Part shown: piece after piece, positions 10,174-19,973 of the stretch
Numbering within the stretch: the stretch's first letter is position 1
Layout of the letters: each line of letters begins with the position of its first letter
DNA from: a bacterium
Lineage (GTDB): Bacteria; Patescibacteriota; Patescibacteriia; JACQRZ01
Direction: 5' to 3'
Length of the DNA stretch: 64,000 nt
NCBI GenBank assembly: GCA_023246095.1
Contig: JAHFJA010000003.1
Span: forward strand, 10,782 to 74,781
The notes under the pieces: model-generated
Told to the model about the DNA's origin: nothing
The model's database searches: none
What the model saw: only the letters and a program-made list of their open reading frames with translations
Made by a program: the position numbers and the translations under genes

Positions 10174-11955
10174 ATGGCATCTTCTTCATCTGCTACAGAT
10201 TCAAAAATAGAATATCCAACACGTGCGCTTGTTCGAGATTTGTGGATTGCATTAAAAGGCAAACTCCTGTTATTTATTATTGGTTCATGTTTGCGATTGT
10301 GCGCAACCGTGTTGTGGTTATACCCCGCTTTTGCGTTTTCGCGTGTCGTTTCAGAATTAAGTCATGGCATTTCCTCATCTACGATATGGTGGGTTTGGTT
10401 TTTTTTACTATCATGGGTGGGTGTATTAACGGTGGCGAATACTCTCAACTTTATCGCAAACAATATTGTTTTTCGCATTACTAATGAGATTAAACTGAAG
10501 ACAGAAGTTTCAGCACTTGAACACTTACTTCATCTGGACTCAGCATGGCACGAAAAAGAAAATGCTGGAAATAAAATTAAAAAAATTGATCGAGGTTCGA
10601 ATTCGATGGGCGATATACTGGAGATTTGGTACAATCAAATACTACAAATTCTCGTAAGTTTTGTCGGTGCCTTGATCATTATTTCGGCGTTTGATTTTAC
10701 GGTGACAGGAATAATGCTTGGCTTTATAGCGATTTATTACTTTGTATCAATGAAACTTACGAAAGCAACCCGTGCTGCAGTGAAGGACGCAAATATTGCT
10801 GAGGAGGAGTTAGGCGGACTGGAGTACGAGGCGGTAGATAATGTACGCACCATAAAAGTGTTGGGTATGAATCGATCGATGATGCGTCTCGTTTTAAAAT
10901 CAGTTGATGTACTATACAAAAAAATAATGAGGCGCATGTTTTGCTTTACGCGTCGTACATATGTTCTCGATAGTATCTCTGTAATATTCCGTACTCTCAG
11001 CCTGGCATACATTATCATTGGTATTATTCATGGCACTAAGGACGTCGGATTCCTCGTTCTTTTTTTTGGATATTACGGTTCGATTGAATCAGCGGTTGTT
11101 CGTTTTGCTGAAATGACGCAGAATTACATGATTGGTAGACAAAGTATTACTCGCCTCAAAGAAATTACTAATACACCGATAAATATAGATGCAGAAATAG
11201 GTAAGAAGCAATTCCCTAAGCAATGGAAGCGTCTGGCGCTTTCTCATGTCACTTTTCGCTATCACGATAATATTGTGCTCAATGATATTTCTCTTGAGAT
11301 CAATCGTGGAGAAAAAATCGGCATTATAGGTCTTTCGGGTGCAGGAAAATCAACGCTTTTTAAGCTCCTTCTTAAGGAGTATGAAGATTTCGAAGGTGAC
11401 ATTTTTGTGGATAATATTTCGTTGAAGACGATACGTCGTAGTGATTATCTCCTTCACGTCGCAGCGGTAATGCAAGAGACAGAAGTATTTAACTTCACGT
11501 TGAAGGAAAATATTATGATTGCAAATCCTTCTGTTCGTCACGGTGATAAGGTATTTCTTGATCGTGCTATGAAGACGGCGCACGTAACTGATTTCATTAA
11601 AAAATTACCTGAAGGTGCAGATACTATGATTGGTGAAAAGGGAGTTAAACTTTCGGGCGGGGAAAAACAGCGTCTTGGTATTGCTCGTGCAATATTTAAA
11701 AGACCAGAGATACTGTTTTTGGACGAAGCAACGTCGCACCTTGATTTGGAGTCAGAAGAAAAGATCAGAGATTCATTGCATAAGTTTTTTAAAGATATCA
11801 CTGCGGTTGTAATAGCGCATAGGTTGACTACCATAAAAGAAATGGATCGAATCATTGTCCTTGAGGGTGGTCGTATCATAGAACAAGGAACATTTGATCA
11901 GCTTATGAAACAAGAAGGGCGATTTTACACTCTTTGGCAGAAACAGCAGTTGTAG
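10174..11955 (+). CDS. ABC exporter (TMD+NBD), tandem paralog copy 2
   Basis: Same motifs; duplicated TGCTATAAT...ATG start region; near-identical C-terminus. Confidence 0.93.
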   Translation: MASSSSATDSKIEYPTRALVRDLWIALKGKLLLFIIGSCLRLCATVLWLYPAFAFSRVVSELSHGISSSTIWWVWFFLLSWVGVLTVANTLNFIANNIVFRITNEIKLKTEVSALEHLLHLDSAWHEKENAGNKIKKIDRGSNSMGDILEIWYNQILQILVSFVGALIIISAFDFTVTGIMLGFIAIYYFVSMKLTKATRAAVKDANIAEEELGGLEYEAVDNVRTIKVLGMNRSMMRLVLKSVDVLYKKIMRRMFCFTRRTYVLDSISVIFRTLSLAYIIIGIIHGTKDVGFLVLFFGYYGSIESAVVRFAEMTQNYMIGRQSITRLKEITNTPINIDAEIGKKQFPKQWKRLALSHVTFRYHDNIVLNDISLEINRGEKIGIIGLSGAGKSTLFKLLLKEYEDFEGDIFVDNISLKTIRRSDYLLHVAAVMQETEVFNFTLKENIMIANPSVRHGDKVFLDRAMKTAHVTDFIKKLPEGADTMIGEKGVKLSGGEKQRLGIARAIFKRPEILFLDEATSHLDLESEEKIRDSLHKFFKDITAVVIAHRLTTIKEMDRIIVLEGGRIIEQGTFDQLMKQEGRFYTLWQKQQL

Positions 11956-11996
11956 AAAAGGTCGTATTTATGAGGAAATCTGTGTCATAAGTACTA

Positions 11997-12025
11997 TTGA
12001 CAAATATTGACTTTTATGCTATACT
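11997..12025 (+). promoter_or_regulatory. Sigma70 promoter (extended -10)
   Basis: TTGACA-17-TATACT preceded by TG. Confidence 0.8.
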
Positions 12026-12104
12026 TAAGTCATGTAAAAGGTTTGATAAGAGCATTTTATATAAAATAAATTATTACAATTGTTGGTTTCCAGGAGGAAA
12101 AAAA

Positions 12105-12560
12105 ATGAAGAGTTTGGTTATTTTTTTGATGGTTTTGGTTGGACTTATGGTAACTGGTTGTGGACACCAGTCTGCAATTACTCAAGCCGTTAGTTACCCG
12201 ACCGACAGTGGAGAGGTCAAATCATCGTCCACGTCCATATCTTCTTCCGGATTTTCACTAACTATCACAGTACCCGAACCAAAAAAGGTAGATAAGGTAG
12301 TTCCGGCTTGGGTATGGATAGCACAGGAGACGTTGCCGTTGAAGGTTGGTACTAATTTTCAATTAGACGGGAAAGTCATTTATAATGACGACACGTTTAA
12401 TGATAGAATTAAGTGGACCAGTAGCGACCAGAGTATTGTTGCGGTGAATGAAGTCACCGGCTTATTGATAGGAGTGGGAAAAGGGGAGACTACTATTACA
12501 GCATACGCAGTCGAAGATATGCGGAAATCAAAACAGCTAAAAGTTATAGTAGTAAAATAA
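12105..12560 (+). CDS. Lipoprotein with Ig-like (Big_2) domain (solo cassette)
   Basis: AGGAGG SD; lipobox VTGC; WTSSDQSIVAV...GETTITA; terminator hairpin 12577-12608. Confidence 0.8.
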   Translation: MKSLVIFLMVLVGLMVTGCGHQSAITQAVSYPTDSGEVKSSSTSISSSGFSLTITVPEPKKVDKVVPAWVWIAQETLPLKVGTNFQLDGKVIYNDDTFNDRIKWTSSDQSIVAVNEVTGLLIGVGKGETTITAYAVEDMRKSKQLKVIVVK

Positions 12561-12671
12561 AATTTTCTAATATTATAAAATGGCTCCGACAAATTCGGAG
12601 TCTATTTTGTTTGAAAAAAATATCCATCTTGGTAAAAGCGCATATTCACGATATACTATAGGTATACAAAT

Positions 12672-13118
12672 ATGTTATTCCAACGAACAAAAAAAATTGA
12701 CGCACATACGACCGACCAACAATGGTGGGCTGATGCATCGCATGCCGCAACAGAAGGGAACTCTTGGGAGGCACTTGCTGAAGGTCAGTTGATGGTGGAC
12801 GTATATGATCGACCTGATGCAGTGGTCGTAAGGTCGCTTATCGCGGGAGTCAACGCAGAGGACTTGGAGATCTCTCTCAATGGCGACATGCTGACATTGC
12901 GCGGTACTCGTGAAGAAACTGAAGAGATTGCGGATGATCAGTTTTTTGCTCGTGAATGCTATTGGGGTTCCTTTTCTCGATCGATTATTATTCCCTCACA
13001 GATACAACCCGACAAAATAAAAGCTTTTTCAAAAAATGGCGTAGTAGTGATAATCCTTCCTAAAATAATACAATCAACGGATATATCAGTACGAACAGAA
13101 GACGACTATTTGGATTAA
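12672..13118 (+). CDS. Hsp20/alpha-crystallin small heat-shock protein
   Basis: VDVY, ECYWGSFSRSI, NGVVVIILPK. Confidence 0.9.
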   Translation: MLFQRTKKIDAHTTDQQWWADASHAATEGNSWEALAEGQLMVDVYDRPDAVVVRSLIAGVNAEDLEISLNGDMLTLRGTREETEEIADDQFFARECYWGSFSRSIIIPSQIQPDKIKAFSKNGVVVIILPKIIQSTDISVRTEDDYLD

Positions 13119-13119
13119 C

Positions 13120-13149
13120 AAAAAATACCGCCACCAAGGCGGTATTTTT
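13120..13149. terminator. Bidirectional terminator
   Basis: AAAAAATACCGCC-ACCAA-GGCGGTATTTTT. Confidence 0.8.
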
Positions 13150-13151
13150 AC

Positions 13152-13288
13152 AAAAGAAAAACGATCAATGATCTCCAGACAAGAAAATGCAATCCCCCCG
13201 CATTTCAAGCCGTAGCCCGAAATGAGGAACATTACATCCCCATGCTTGTCGTGTCTGGAGGTCGCTGACCGCTGTCAATACTCGTTCA
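13152..13288 (-). ncRNA. Putative rod-shaped ncRNA (~135 nt), unassigned; 6S-like candidate
   Basis: Own promoter TTGACA(13323-13318)-17-TATAGT(13300-13295); ~21-bp closing stem 13161-13181/13252-13272; apical cUACGg tetraloop; G-U pairs on minus strand; U-tract. Confidence 0.65.
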
Positions 13289-13363
13289 AGCCCAACTATA
13301 TCATAATAAAAAAGATTTGTCAAGAGTATTCCTCCGATCGTCTGAATCATTCTCGTGTTCGCC

Positions 13364-14359
13364 CTATATTATCTTATGAATAGGGGATTTTCCTTCGATC
13401 GTCTCAATAATGTTTTCTGCGGCGATGCGAGACATTGCATCTCGGGCAGCGATGGTTGCGGATGCGATGTGAGGGGTCATAATGACCGTATTGAGCTCTT
13501 TTAGTTCGTAATAATCGTTGGGATTGCAATCAATAGAAGGTTCGCATTCAAGGACGTCCAAGCCATATCCACCAAGCTTATTTTCATACAATACATGAAG
13601 TACTGCTGTTTCATCGACGATAGGTCCGCGAGCTGTGTTGATCAATATTGAATCTCGCTTCATGAGCTTGAGAGTTTTTTCATTGATGAGGTGGCGAGTG
13701 GTAGGAAGGAGCGGTACATGAAGTGACACAATATCTGATTGTTTTAAAAGATCTTTTTGTGTGACATACACTGCGCCATATTCTTTTTCAAATGAAGGGT
13801 CTTGTTTCATGTCGTTGTAGAGTACTTTCATTCCGAATCCTTTGACTGCACGATGAACGACCCCTTTGCCGATATTTCCTAATCCGATGACGCCCAAGGT
13901 CAAACCGCCAAGGTCACGACCGATTAAGAGATTGGGATCCCATCCACTATATTTTTTTGCACGAGTAAAAGCATCCGCTTCAACTATTCTTCGAGAGAGT
14001 GAAAGTATAAGTGCAAATGTATGTTCGGAAACGGCATTACTGACTTCTTGGCACGGTGTATTGGCGACAATAATAGATTTATTTTTTGCCGCTTCAATAT
14101 CGATGTTGTCATACCCTACTGCATAATTTGAAATGACTTTGAGTTGTGGGCCTGCAGCATTCAGTATTTTTGCATCAAAACGGTTGGTAAGGAGACTGAG
14201 GATTGCGTCATATTCTTTGACAGCGGATGTCAGAGCACGTGATGAAATATCTATATCTTTTGGTTGGAGGTCAACTTTATATCCTTTTTTCTTTAACATT
14301 GAGATGCCGGGTCCGGGTATAGGGCGCGTAACAAAGACTCGCGGTTTTGATGATTTCAT
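13364..14359 (-). CDS. D-isomer-specific 2-hydroxyacid dehydrogenase (glyoxylate reductase-like)
   Basis: AVGYDNID, GLGNIG, INTARG, TPHIAS. Confidence 0.93.
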   Translation of the reverse strand: MKSSKPRVFVTRPIPGPGISMLKKKGYKVDLQPKDIDISSRALTSAVKEYDAILSLLTNRFDAKILNAAGPQLKVISNYAVGYDNIDIEAAKNKSIIVANTPCQEVSNAVSEHTFALILSLSRRIVEADAFTRAKKYSGWDPNLLIGRDLGGLTLGVIGLGNIGKGVVHRAVKGFGMKVLYNDMKQDPSFEKEYGAVYVTQKDLLKQSDIVSLHVPLLPTTRHLINEKTLKLMKRDSILINTARGPIVDETAVLHVLYENKLGGYGLDVLECEPSIDCNPNDYYELKELNTVIMTPHIASATIAARDAMSRIAAENIIETIEGKSPIHKII

Positions 14360-14371
14360 AAACAGATATAG

Positions 14372-15310
14372 TTATGATTTAATGGCGCTTCCAAAGAGAG
14401 TTATCTTTTGAGCGACAACTTGTTTTACAAGGTCACGGCCTTTGCTGAGAATGTCTCGAGGGTCATATGCGTCGGGTTTGTCGAGAAGGGCATTACGCAT
14501 TCCTGCAGTAAAGGCGAGCCGGAGGTCGGAATCAATATTGATTTTGTTAATACCCAATGATATTGCTTTTTTGATTGCGCTATCAGAAACGCCATGCGCT
14601 CCCGCGACACGCTTACAGTCGTGCAACTCGGTACAACGATTATGAAGAAGGTTTGTAATCTTTGTAGAGATACCACTGGCACCGTGAAGTACAAGAGGAA
14701 GGTGGGTCAGCTCTTTGATTTTTGTTAATCGTTTGAAATCAAGCACAGTGTTTCCTTCAAATTTAAATGGTCCATGTGCAGTGCCGATGGAAATAGCGAG
14801 CGAGTCAATTTTTGTTTTTTTTACAAAGTCTACTGCTTGGATGGGGTCGGTGAACAAGACCGCACGTGCGGCAATATCAATTTTATCTTCCTTTCCTTTA
14901 ATCGCACCGAGTTCCGCTTCTACGGAAACACCTTTTGCGGCCGCCCATGAAACCACTTGCTGTGTCTTTGCTATGTTCTCTTCATATGGCAATGATGATC
15001 CATCAAACATGACTGATGTCCATCCTAGGTCAATACATCTTTTAATCGTTTTTAAATCTTTTCCGTGGTCAACATGGAGTGCGATTTTTATTGGATAGAG
15101 TTTAGCGGCGGTAGTAACTAATGCATAGAGAAAATCTACTCCTGCATATTCAATTGCGCTTTCGGTAGTTTGGATAATAACAGGTGATTTCAACGAGGTA
15201 GCGGATTCCATGATACCCTGAAGTGTTTCAAGGTTGCTGATGTTAAACGCGGGGACTGCATAATTTTGACGGTACGCTTTTTGAAGAAGTTGTTTTGCGG
15301 GGACAAGCAT
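14372..15310 (-). CDS. fba: Class II fructose-1,6-bisphosphate aldolase
   Basis: ALHVDHG, VEAELG, IGTAHG, LVLHGAS, KINIDSD. Confidence 0.95.
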   Translation of the reverse strand: MLVPAKQLLQKAYRQNYAVPAFNISNLETLQGIMESATSLKSPVIIQTTESAIEYAGVDFLYALVTTAAKLYPIKIALHVDHGKDLKTIKRCIDLGWTSVMFDGSSLPYEENIAKTQQVVSWAAAKGVSVEAELGAIKGKEDKIDIAARAVLFTDPIQAVDFVKKTKIDSLAISIGTAHGPFKFEGNTVLDFKRLTKIKELTHLPLVLHGASGISTKITNLLHNRCTELHDCKRVAGAHGVSDSAIKKAISLGINKINIDSDLRLAFTAGMRNALLDKPDAYDPRDILSKGRDLVKQVVAQKITLFGSAIKS

Positions 15311-15322
15311 GTTTGTGTGTGA

Positions 15323-16315
15323 TTATAATTCTATTGCACAGCACTTACCTTTTTTGATTCGTGCAAGAAGGGCGGGCGTGGTCAGTAATCCCGCTTGTGG
15401 TCCGACGTGTTCGATAACGGAGGCTGCATTCGTGGCACCCCACACTAGTCCATCGGCAATCGTTTTTCCGTGACACAATGCGGCAAGAAATGCTGTTGAA
15501 AAACTATCTCCCGCTCCTGTGCGTTCGACAACTTTCGATGCGGGAGGATGTACGCGGTATTGTTGCCTTCCGTCATATGCATACGCGCCCCGCTCACCAT
15601 CAGTGATTACTACAATTTCAGGCCCCATGAGGCGTAGTTGCTCCATGAGTTGAGGAACAGGATCTTGTGTGTGATCCCCGAGGAGTAATTGTGCCTCCTG
15701 TTTATTTACCAACAAGACTTGGCATCGTTTAAGTATCGGTGCCAATGCTTTAGTCCCTGCAAGAAGCTGGTGAGTACCAGGATTGAAGGCCAATGACGCA
15801 CCGTTGTGTTTGAGTTGCTCAAGTAGCTGTTTGTGTACAGGAGGGAACTCTTTACCTAGCGAAGTCAAATAGATCCATTTTGAAGGGGAAAGGACGGGGA
15901 GTGTATAGCGGCGTGGCTGGTGGTATACCAGAATCGTGCGTTCGGTTTTGAATCTTAGTGCAATTGAGAGATTGCTTGCGCTTCTTTTTTGTACAGTGAG
16001 ATATTTAAGGGAAACTTTTTCTTGTTTGATGAGTTTGAGTATTTTTTGTCCGACATCGTCATCTCCAATGGTACTAAAAAATGCTGCTTTTAGTCCTAAT
16101 CGTGCCGAACCAACGGCGTTGTTACACGCGTTTCCGCCAATAGTAGAAATAAGCTCTTCAATCGGAATCTTTTCAGAATAGTTGAGACACAGCCAACAGT
16201 TGTCTGCATTGATGTTGCAAAGAAGTGATGCGGTGTTCAGTTGAACAAAATGATCGAGTGTGGCGTCTCCTATGGAAATAATATCATGAACAGTTCGTCT
16301 GGTTTTTGTTGGCAT
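15323..16315 (-). CDS. PfkB-family carbohydrate kinase
   Basis: GGNACN, FNPG, ERTGAGDSF. Confidence 0.92.
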   Translation of the reverse strand: MPTKTRRTVHDIISIGDATLDHFVQLNTASLLCNINADNCWLCLNYSEKIPIEELISTIGGNACNNAVGSARLGLKAAFFSTIGDDDVGQKILKLIKQEKVSLKYLTVQKRSASNLSIALRFKTERTILVYHQPRRYTLPVLSPSKWIYLTSLGKEFPPVHKQLLEQLKHNGASLAFNPGTHQLLAGTKALAPILKRCQVLLVNKQEAQLLLGDHTQDPVPQLMEQLRLMGPEIVVITDGERGAYAYDGRQQYRVHPPASKVVERTGAGDSFSTAFLAALCHGKTIADGLVWGATNAASVIEHVGPQAGLLTTPALLARIKKGKCCAIEL

Positions 16316-16358
16316 ATTCTTAGAAAAACATAAGTGAATATACCATTAGTATATCACA

Positions 16359-16691
16359 CTATTGTTTTTCTTTCTTGGATGCAATGGCAATGGCGCGAGC
16401 GAGTTTCGTTACATCTTGATGTAATTTTTCGAGGCGCGCCGTTGTGCGGAAGAGAAGATAAAAAATAACTATCAATGATATGTATAACACTGCATCCGCA
16501 CCACGTCCGATATGAAGGACGTGTGCCACGATTGTACTGATGTTGGGATACCAGACAACAACCCCCATTGCGATCCACAGACTTATCCAAATGATAAACA
16601 CCGTAAGGGTGAAGGTTTTTTGGCGCAGTTTGGCGACAGCGTTAATAATTACCAGAAGCGCGACTATTGAGATGAGAAGTTGAATTACCAT
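16359..16691 (-). CDS. DUF2304-family membrane protein
   Basis: IGRGAD motif, TM helices, follows a GT2 gene. Confidence 0.85.
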   Translation of the reverse strand: MVIQLLISIVALLVIINAVAKLRQKTFTLTVFIIWISLWIAMGVVVWYPNISTIVAHVLHIGRGADAVLYISLIVIFYLLFRTTARLEKLHQDVTKLARAIAIASKKEKQ

Positions 16692-16694
16692 AGG

Positions 16695-17423
16695 TTATGA
16701 AAGAAGTTTACCCCAAATTACCCTGCCGGCAATTTTTATGGCATTGAATGAATTTTGGCCTCGTGCGCGGGCAGCGGCCATCGCCTCGTCACTGTAGGTT
16801 ACGGTGACAGGCACTTCGACATAGCGAAGTTTGTGTTTCGCAATTTCATCAAGAATTTCAGACGCATGGGAGTATCGATCTTGTACAATGTGGATTTTTT
16901 CCGCTGCATATCGATTCATGGCACGAAAGCCATTGTGTGTGTCGGTCAAATCAAGACCGGAAATAATACGGGTAAACAAGATACCTCCTTTTAGTATCAT
17001 TTGGCGCAGAGGAGGGATATTGCTTTTTTGAGTTAAGAAGCGTGATCCCAGTGCAATGTCTGCTTCACCGCGAATGACAGGCTGAATCATGTGGGGAATT
17101 TGTTCTGGTTGCATTTGGCCATCTGCATCAAAGTGCACGATAATGTCAGCTCCTTGTTGGAGTGCGTAATCCATCCCCGTGCGCAGTGCAGCTCCTTGGC
17201 CGCGATTGATGGGGTGTCGGAGAACATGTGCTCCTCCTTTTAGCGCTTCATCGCTCGTATGATCTTTTGAACAGTCATCTACGACCACTACATTGGGTAT
17301 GTAACGCTGAACTTGTTGAACTGCTTCCCGAACACCACGCTGTTCGTTATATGCGGGAATAACCACCCATACGGAGGTATACATGGCGGGAACGGATGGA
17401 TTGATTGAAGTCGTTTCATTCAT
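16695..17423 (-). CDS. GT2 glycosyltransferase (DPM-synthase-like)
   Basis: VVIPAYNE, VDDCSKD, HFDADGQ, DTHNGFRA. Confidence 0.92.
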   Translation of the reverse strand: MNETTSINPSVPAMYTSVWVVIPAYNEQRGVREAVQQVQRYIPNVVVVDDCSKDHTSDEALKGGAHVLRHPINRGQGAALRTGMDYALQQGADIIVHFDADGQMQPEQIPHMIQPVIRGEADIALGSRFLTQKSNIPPLRQMILKGGILFTRIISGLDLTDTHNGFRAMNRYAAEKIHIVQDRYSHASEILDEIAKHKLRYVEVPVTVTYSDEAMAAARARGQNSFNAIKIAGRVIWGKLLS

Positions 17424-17512
17424 AATTTTTTTGTAGGTACCACCATCCTATCAGGAGAAGACGTAATTTGGCAAGAAGAGCCTGTTTTATAAGGGTTTTG
17501 TCGTTAATGGGG

Positions 17513-17541
17513 TTGACAAAATGGTATTTTTGTGCTATAGT
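17513..17541 (+). promoter_or_regulatory. Sigma70 promoter
   Basis: TTGACA-17-TATAGT with TG extension. Confidence 0.8.
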
Positions 17542-17585
17542 TGAGTTGTTATCATATAGTTAGTTTTTTGAAAGGAGGGGGCACT

Positions 17586-17891
17586 ATGGCTCTCGCAATC
17601 GGTGGTTTGTTTTTTATTGTAGGGGCAATCTCAGCCATATATGTGCGCCGTCCTTGGCGAATTTTGTTGGGGCTTGTTGTTGCTTGTCTGGTCGAATTGG
17701 TCGATTACAGGGGGTACGGATCATATCTCTTACTCTATTCCAATAAGGGACACTGGCAACCCCTGATAGTTGTAAGTTTCATTCTTTTCTTTGCTGGCGG
17801 GGTAACACTTGCGAGCACATTTCGACTCCTCTTGAACGGAGAAGAAAAAAAGTCGAAACCTCGCAGTTTTCAGGGAACACTAAAGTCTTGA
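17586..17891 (+). CDS. Hypothetical 3-TM membrane protein (solo cassette)
   Basis: AAGGAGG SD; terminator 17911-17939. Confidence 0.7.
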   Translation: MALAIGGLFFIVGAISAIYVRRPWRILLGLVVACLVELVDYRGYGSYLLLYSNKGHWQPLIVVSFILFFAGGVTLASTFRLLLNGEEKKSKPRSFQGTLKS

Positions 17892-18040
17892 AAAACAATT
17901 GTTTACCCAGTAACTTTTTAGATAATTTCTAAGAGGTTATTTTTTTATAAAACAAACGTAATTAACTCCGCTACGTACTCGGATTTGGCTCAAGTTTAAA
18001 AACAGTGGTAAGGTGATAATAAGATTATTGATTGCATTAT

Positions 18041-18859
18041 ATGACCCCTACTATTGGTATTATTGGGTACGGTTTTGTCGGGAAAGCGCAGGAATACCTC
18101 TTTAAGACAAAAAACGTGCCGATTCTGTGTTATGACAAATTTATAGAAAGTTCGTCTCTTGAAGACGTCGTGAAGGGATCAGATTATATATTTGTTTGTG
18201 TACCTACTCCTTATAAGGATGAAGCTATTGACCTGACGATCATGGATGAGGTAATCGGTTCTATCGCCTCGCTGGTTTCGGGAAGCGATAAGATTATCAT
18301 TATCAAATCAACCGTCATTCCAGGCACGACCGCGAATTACGCCAAGCAATATCCCGAGTGTCATTTTGCGATGAGCCCGGAGTTTTTAAGAGAGAAACAT
18401 TACGAGGAAGATGTCATGAAACCGGATCGCATCGTCGTCGGGAGTGATGAAGTAGGTATTGCCGCTCGTGTATCGGCACTTTACAAATTTGCACTTCCTG
18501 ATGCTCTTATATTTGAATCGGGTGCAACTGCAGCGGAAATGGTGAAATATATGTCGAACTGCTTTTTGGCGACGAAGATTATTTTTGCCAATGAGATGTT
18601 TGACCTTTGCGAGGTTCTCAAAATTGATTACGATGCGGTGAAAGTAATGGTATCGGCAGACGCGCGCATCGGTGGTTACTTGGATGTAACGGCACTTCGC
18701 GGGTTTGGCGATAAATGTTTCCCAAAGGACATGATCGCGTTACGGGGCTTATTTAAAAAAATGGGAGTTGATGATGAGCTCTTAAAAACGGTATGGGAAA
18801 AGAATCTTCGGATTCGAAAGGTGCGAAATTGGGAAGATATACCGTTTGTAAAATCGTAG
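18041..18859 (+). CDS. UDP-glucose/GDP-mannose dehydrogenase family, short form
   Basis: GYGFVG, CVPTP, KSTVIPG, PEFLRE, AEMVKY, CFPKD. Confidence 0.88.
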   Translation: MTPTIGIIGYGFVGKAQEYLFKTKNVPILCYDKFIESSSLEDVVKGSDYIFVCVPTPYKDEAIDLTIMDEVIGSIASLVSGSDKIIIIKSTVIPGTTANYAKQYPECHFAMSPEFLREKHYEEDVMKPDRIVVGSDEVGIAARVSALYKFALPDALIFESGATAAEMVKYMSNCFLATKIIFANEMFDLCEVLKIDYDAVKVMVSADARIGGYLDVTALRGFGDKCFPKDMIALRGLFKKMGVDDELLKTVWEKNLRIRKVRNWEDIPFVKS

Positions 18860-18861
18860 AC

Positions 18862-18889
18862 AAAAAATCCGCCACGTCGGCGGATTTTT
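18862..18889. terminator. Bidirectional terminator
   Basis: AAAAAATCCGCC-ACGTC-GGCGGATTTTT between convergent genes. Confidence 0.8.
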
Positions 18890-18894
18890 AAGCG

Positions 18895-19971
18895 CTATTT
18901 TTTAAGTGTTTTGACATCGACGACGCGGTCATATCGTCGCCCATCGAACATGATCGTCGGTATCTTGATGGTTCTGATTTTTTTCTCAACAATGTCGATG
19001 TTTTTTTTGATTTGTTCGGTGACGGCATCAGAATGAGCGGATGTTTTTAATTCAGCTTGTTCATTCTCGTTATATCCAATACTGCCAAGGAGTCGCAAGA
19101 TAGTATCCTCTGCTTCTTTATCGGTATATATTGTATTGAATTTTACTTGCAACGCAGTTCCGTCGGTATCATTTTCTAAAAGAACTTTTTCAAGGAGTTG
19201 CCAGTCATCGGGGATGCCATTATGGATACCTTTTTTAATTCTCAATGCTTCAAGGTACCTTGTGATAAGGTATGACTGTTTAAATTTGTGTCCGTCTTCA
19301 TAGAGAGTGCTGGGAATAGGGTACGCAATGTAGGTCAGATTATATTTTTGATCAAACCCTGCTTCTTTTATATTTCTCAATAATTGCGCGCAAAAATGAC
19401 AACCGGGATCAATGACTTCCAGCGCGGTCGGTTTTGATTGGTCAAAAGACTGGAGATAGGTGGTGTTTTCGGAAAGGTAATTTTCTGCGCGCCATGTTTT
19501 GATTCGGTCAGGAATCCGAATGATTGTTTTCCCAAACAGGATAAAAGGATCTGATACCCAAGTGCCTAACTTGCCGTTCTGTATTGCGGCGATAAATCCA
19601 ATACTTGATTGGTCGACTCCGCATGATTCGCCTCCCAATGAACATGATTGTACATTACGAGGATTGCAGGTGTCATATACATAGAGATTAAGACCGGCGT
19701 TGAGTACTGAGAGAAGGCTCCAAATCGTTAATATTACAAAGATAGCGGCAATAACGTTGCTCCACTTATTTACAAAGCGAGCAAGAAGAGGACTGCGCTT
19801 CATGATACTTCCTAAGAGTTTCCCCTTTACTTCTTGATCAAAATTGATATCGCACGGACGAAAGGTGATTTTTCGAAAAACACAGTACCATGCTTTCTTG
19901 GCGAGTGGCCGATAGCTCGCGGAAAAAAGTCCTAAGATGGCAAAAATGATAAATGAAGCAATGCAAAACAT
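18895..19971 (-). CDS. Membrane-anchored thioredoxin/DsbA-fold protein with Cys-rich N-terminal region
   Basis: DPGCHFC CxxC, IPT cis-Pro loop, N-terminal TMs. Confidence 0.7.
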   Translation of the reverse strand: MFCIASFIIFAILGLFSASYRPLAKKAWYCVFRKITFRPCDINFDQEVKGKLLGSIMKRSPLLARFVNKWSNVIAAIFVILTIWSLLSVLNAGLNLYVYDTCNPRNVQSCSLGGESCGVDQSSIGFIAAIQNGKLGTWVSDPFILFGKTIIRIPDRIKTWRAENYLSENTTYLQSFDQSKPTALEVIDPGCHFCAQLLRNIKEAGFDQKYNLTYIAYPIPSTLYEDGHKFKQSYLITRYLEALRIKKGIHNGIPDDWQLLEKVLLENDTDGTALQVKFNTIYTDKEAEDTILRLLGSIGYNENEQAELKTSAHSDAVTEQIKKNIDIVEKKIRTIKIPTIMFDGRRYDRVVDVKTLKK

Positions 19972-19973
19972 AG

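Noticed and set aside
13165-13350. 61-aa ORF
   Set aside because: It runs through a near-consensus promoter and a near-perfect RNA rod; better explained as ncRNA
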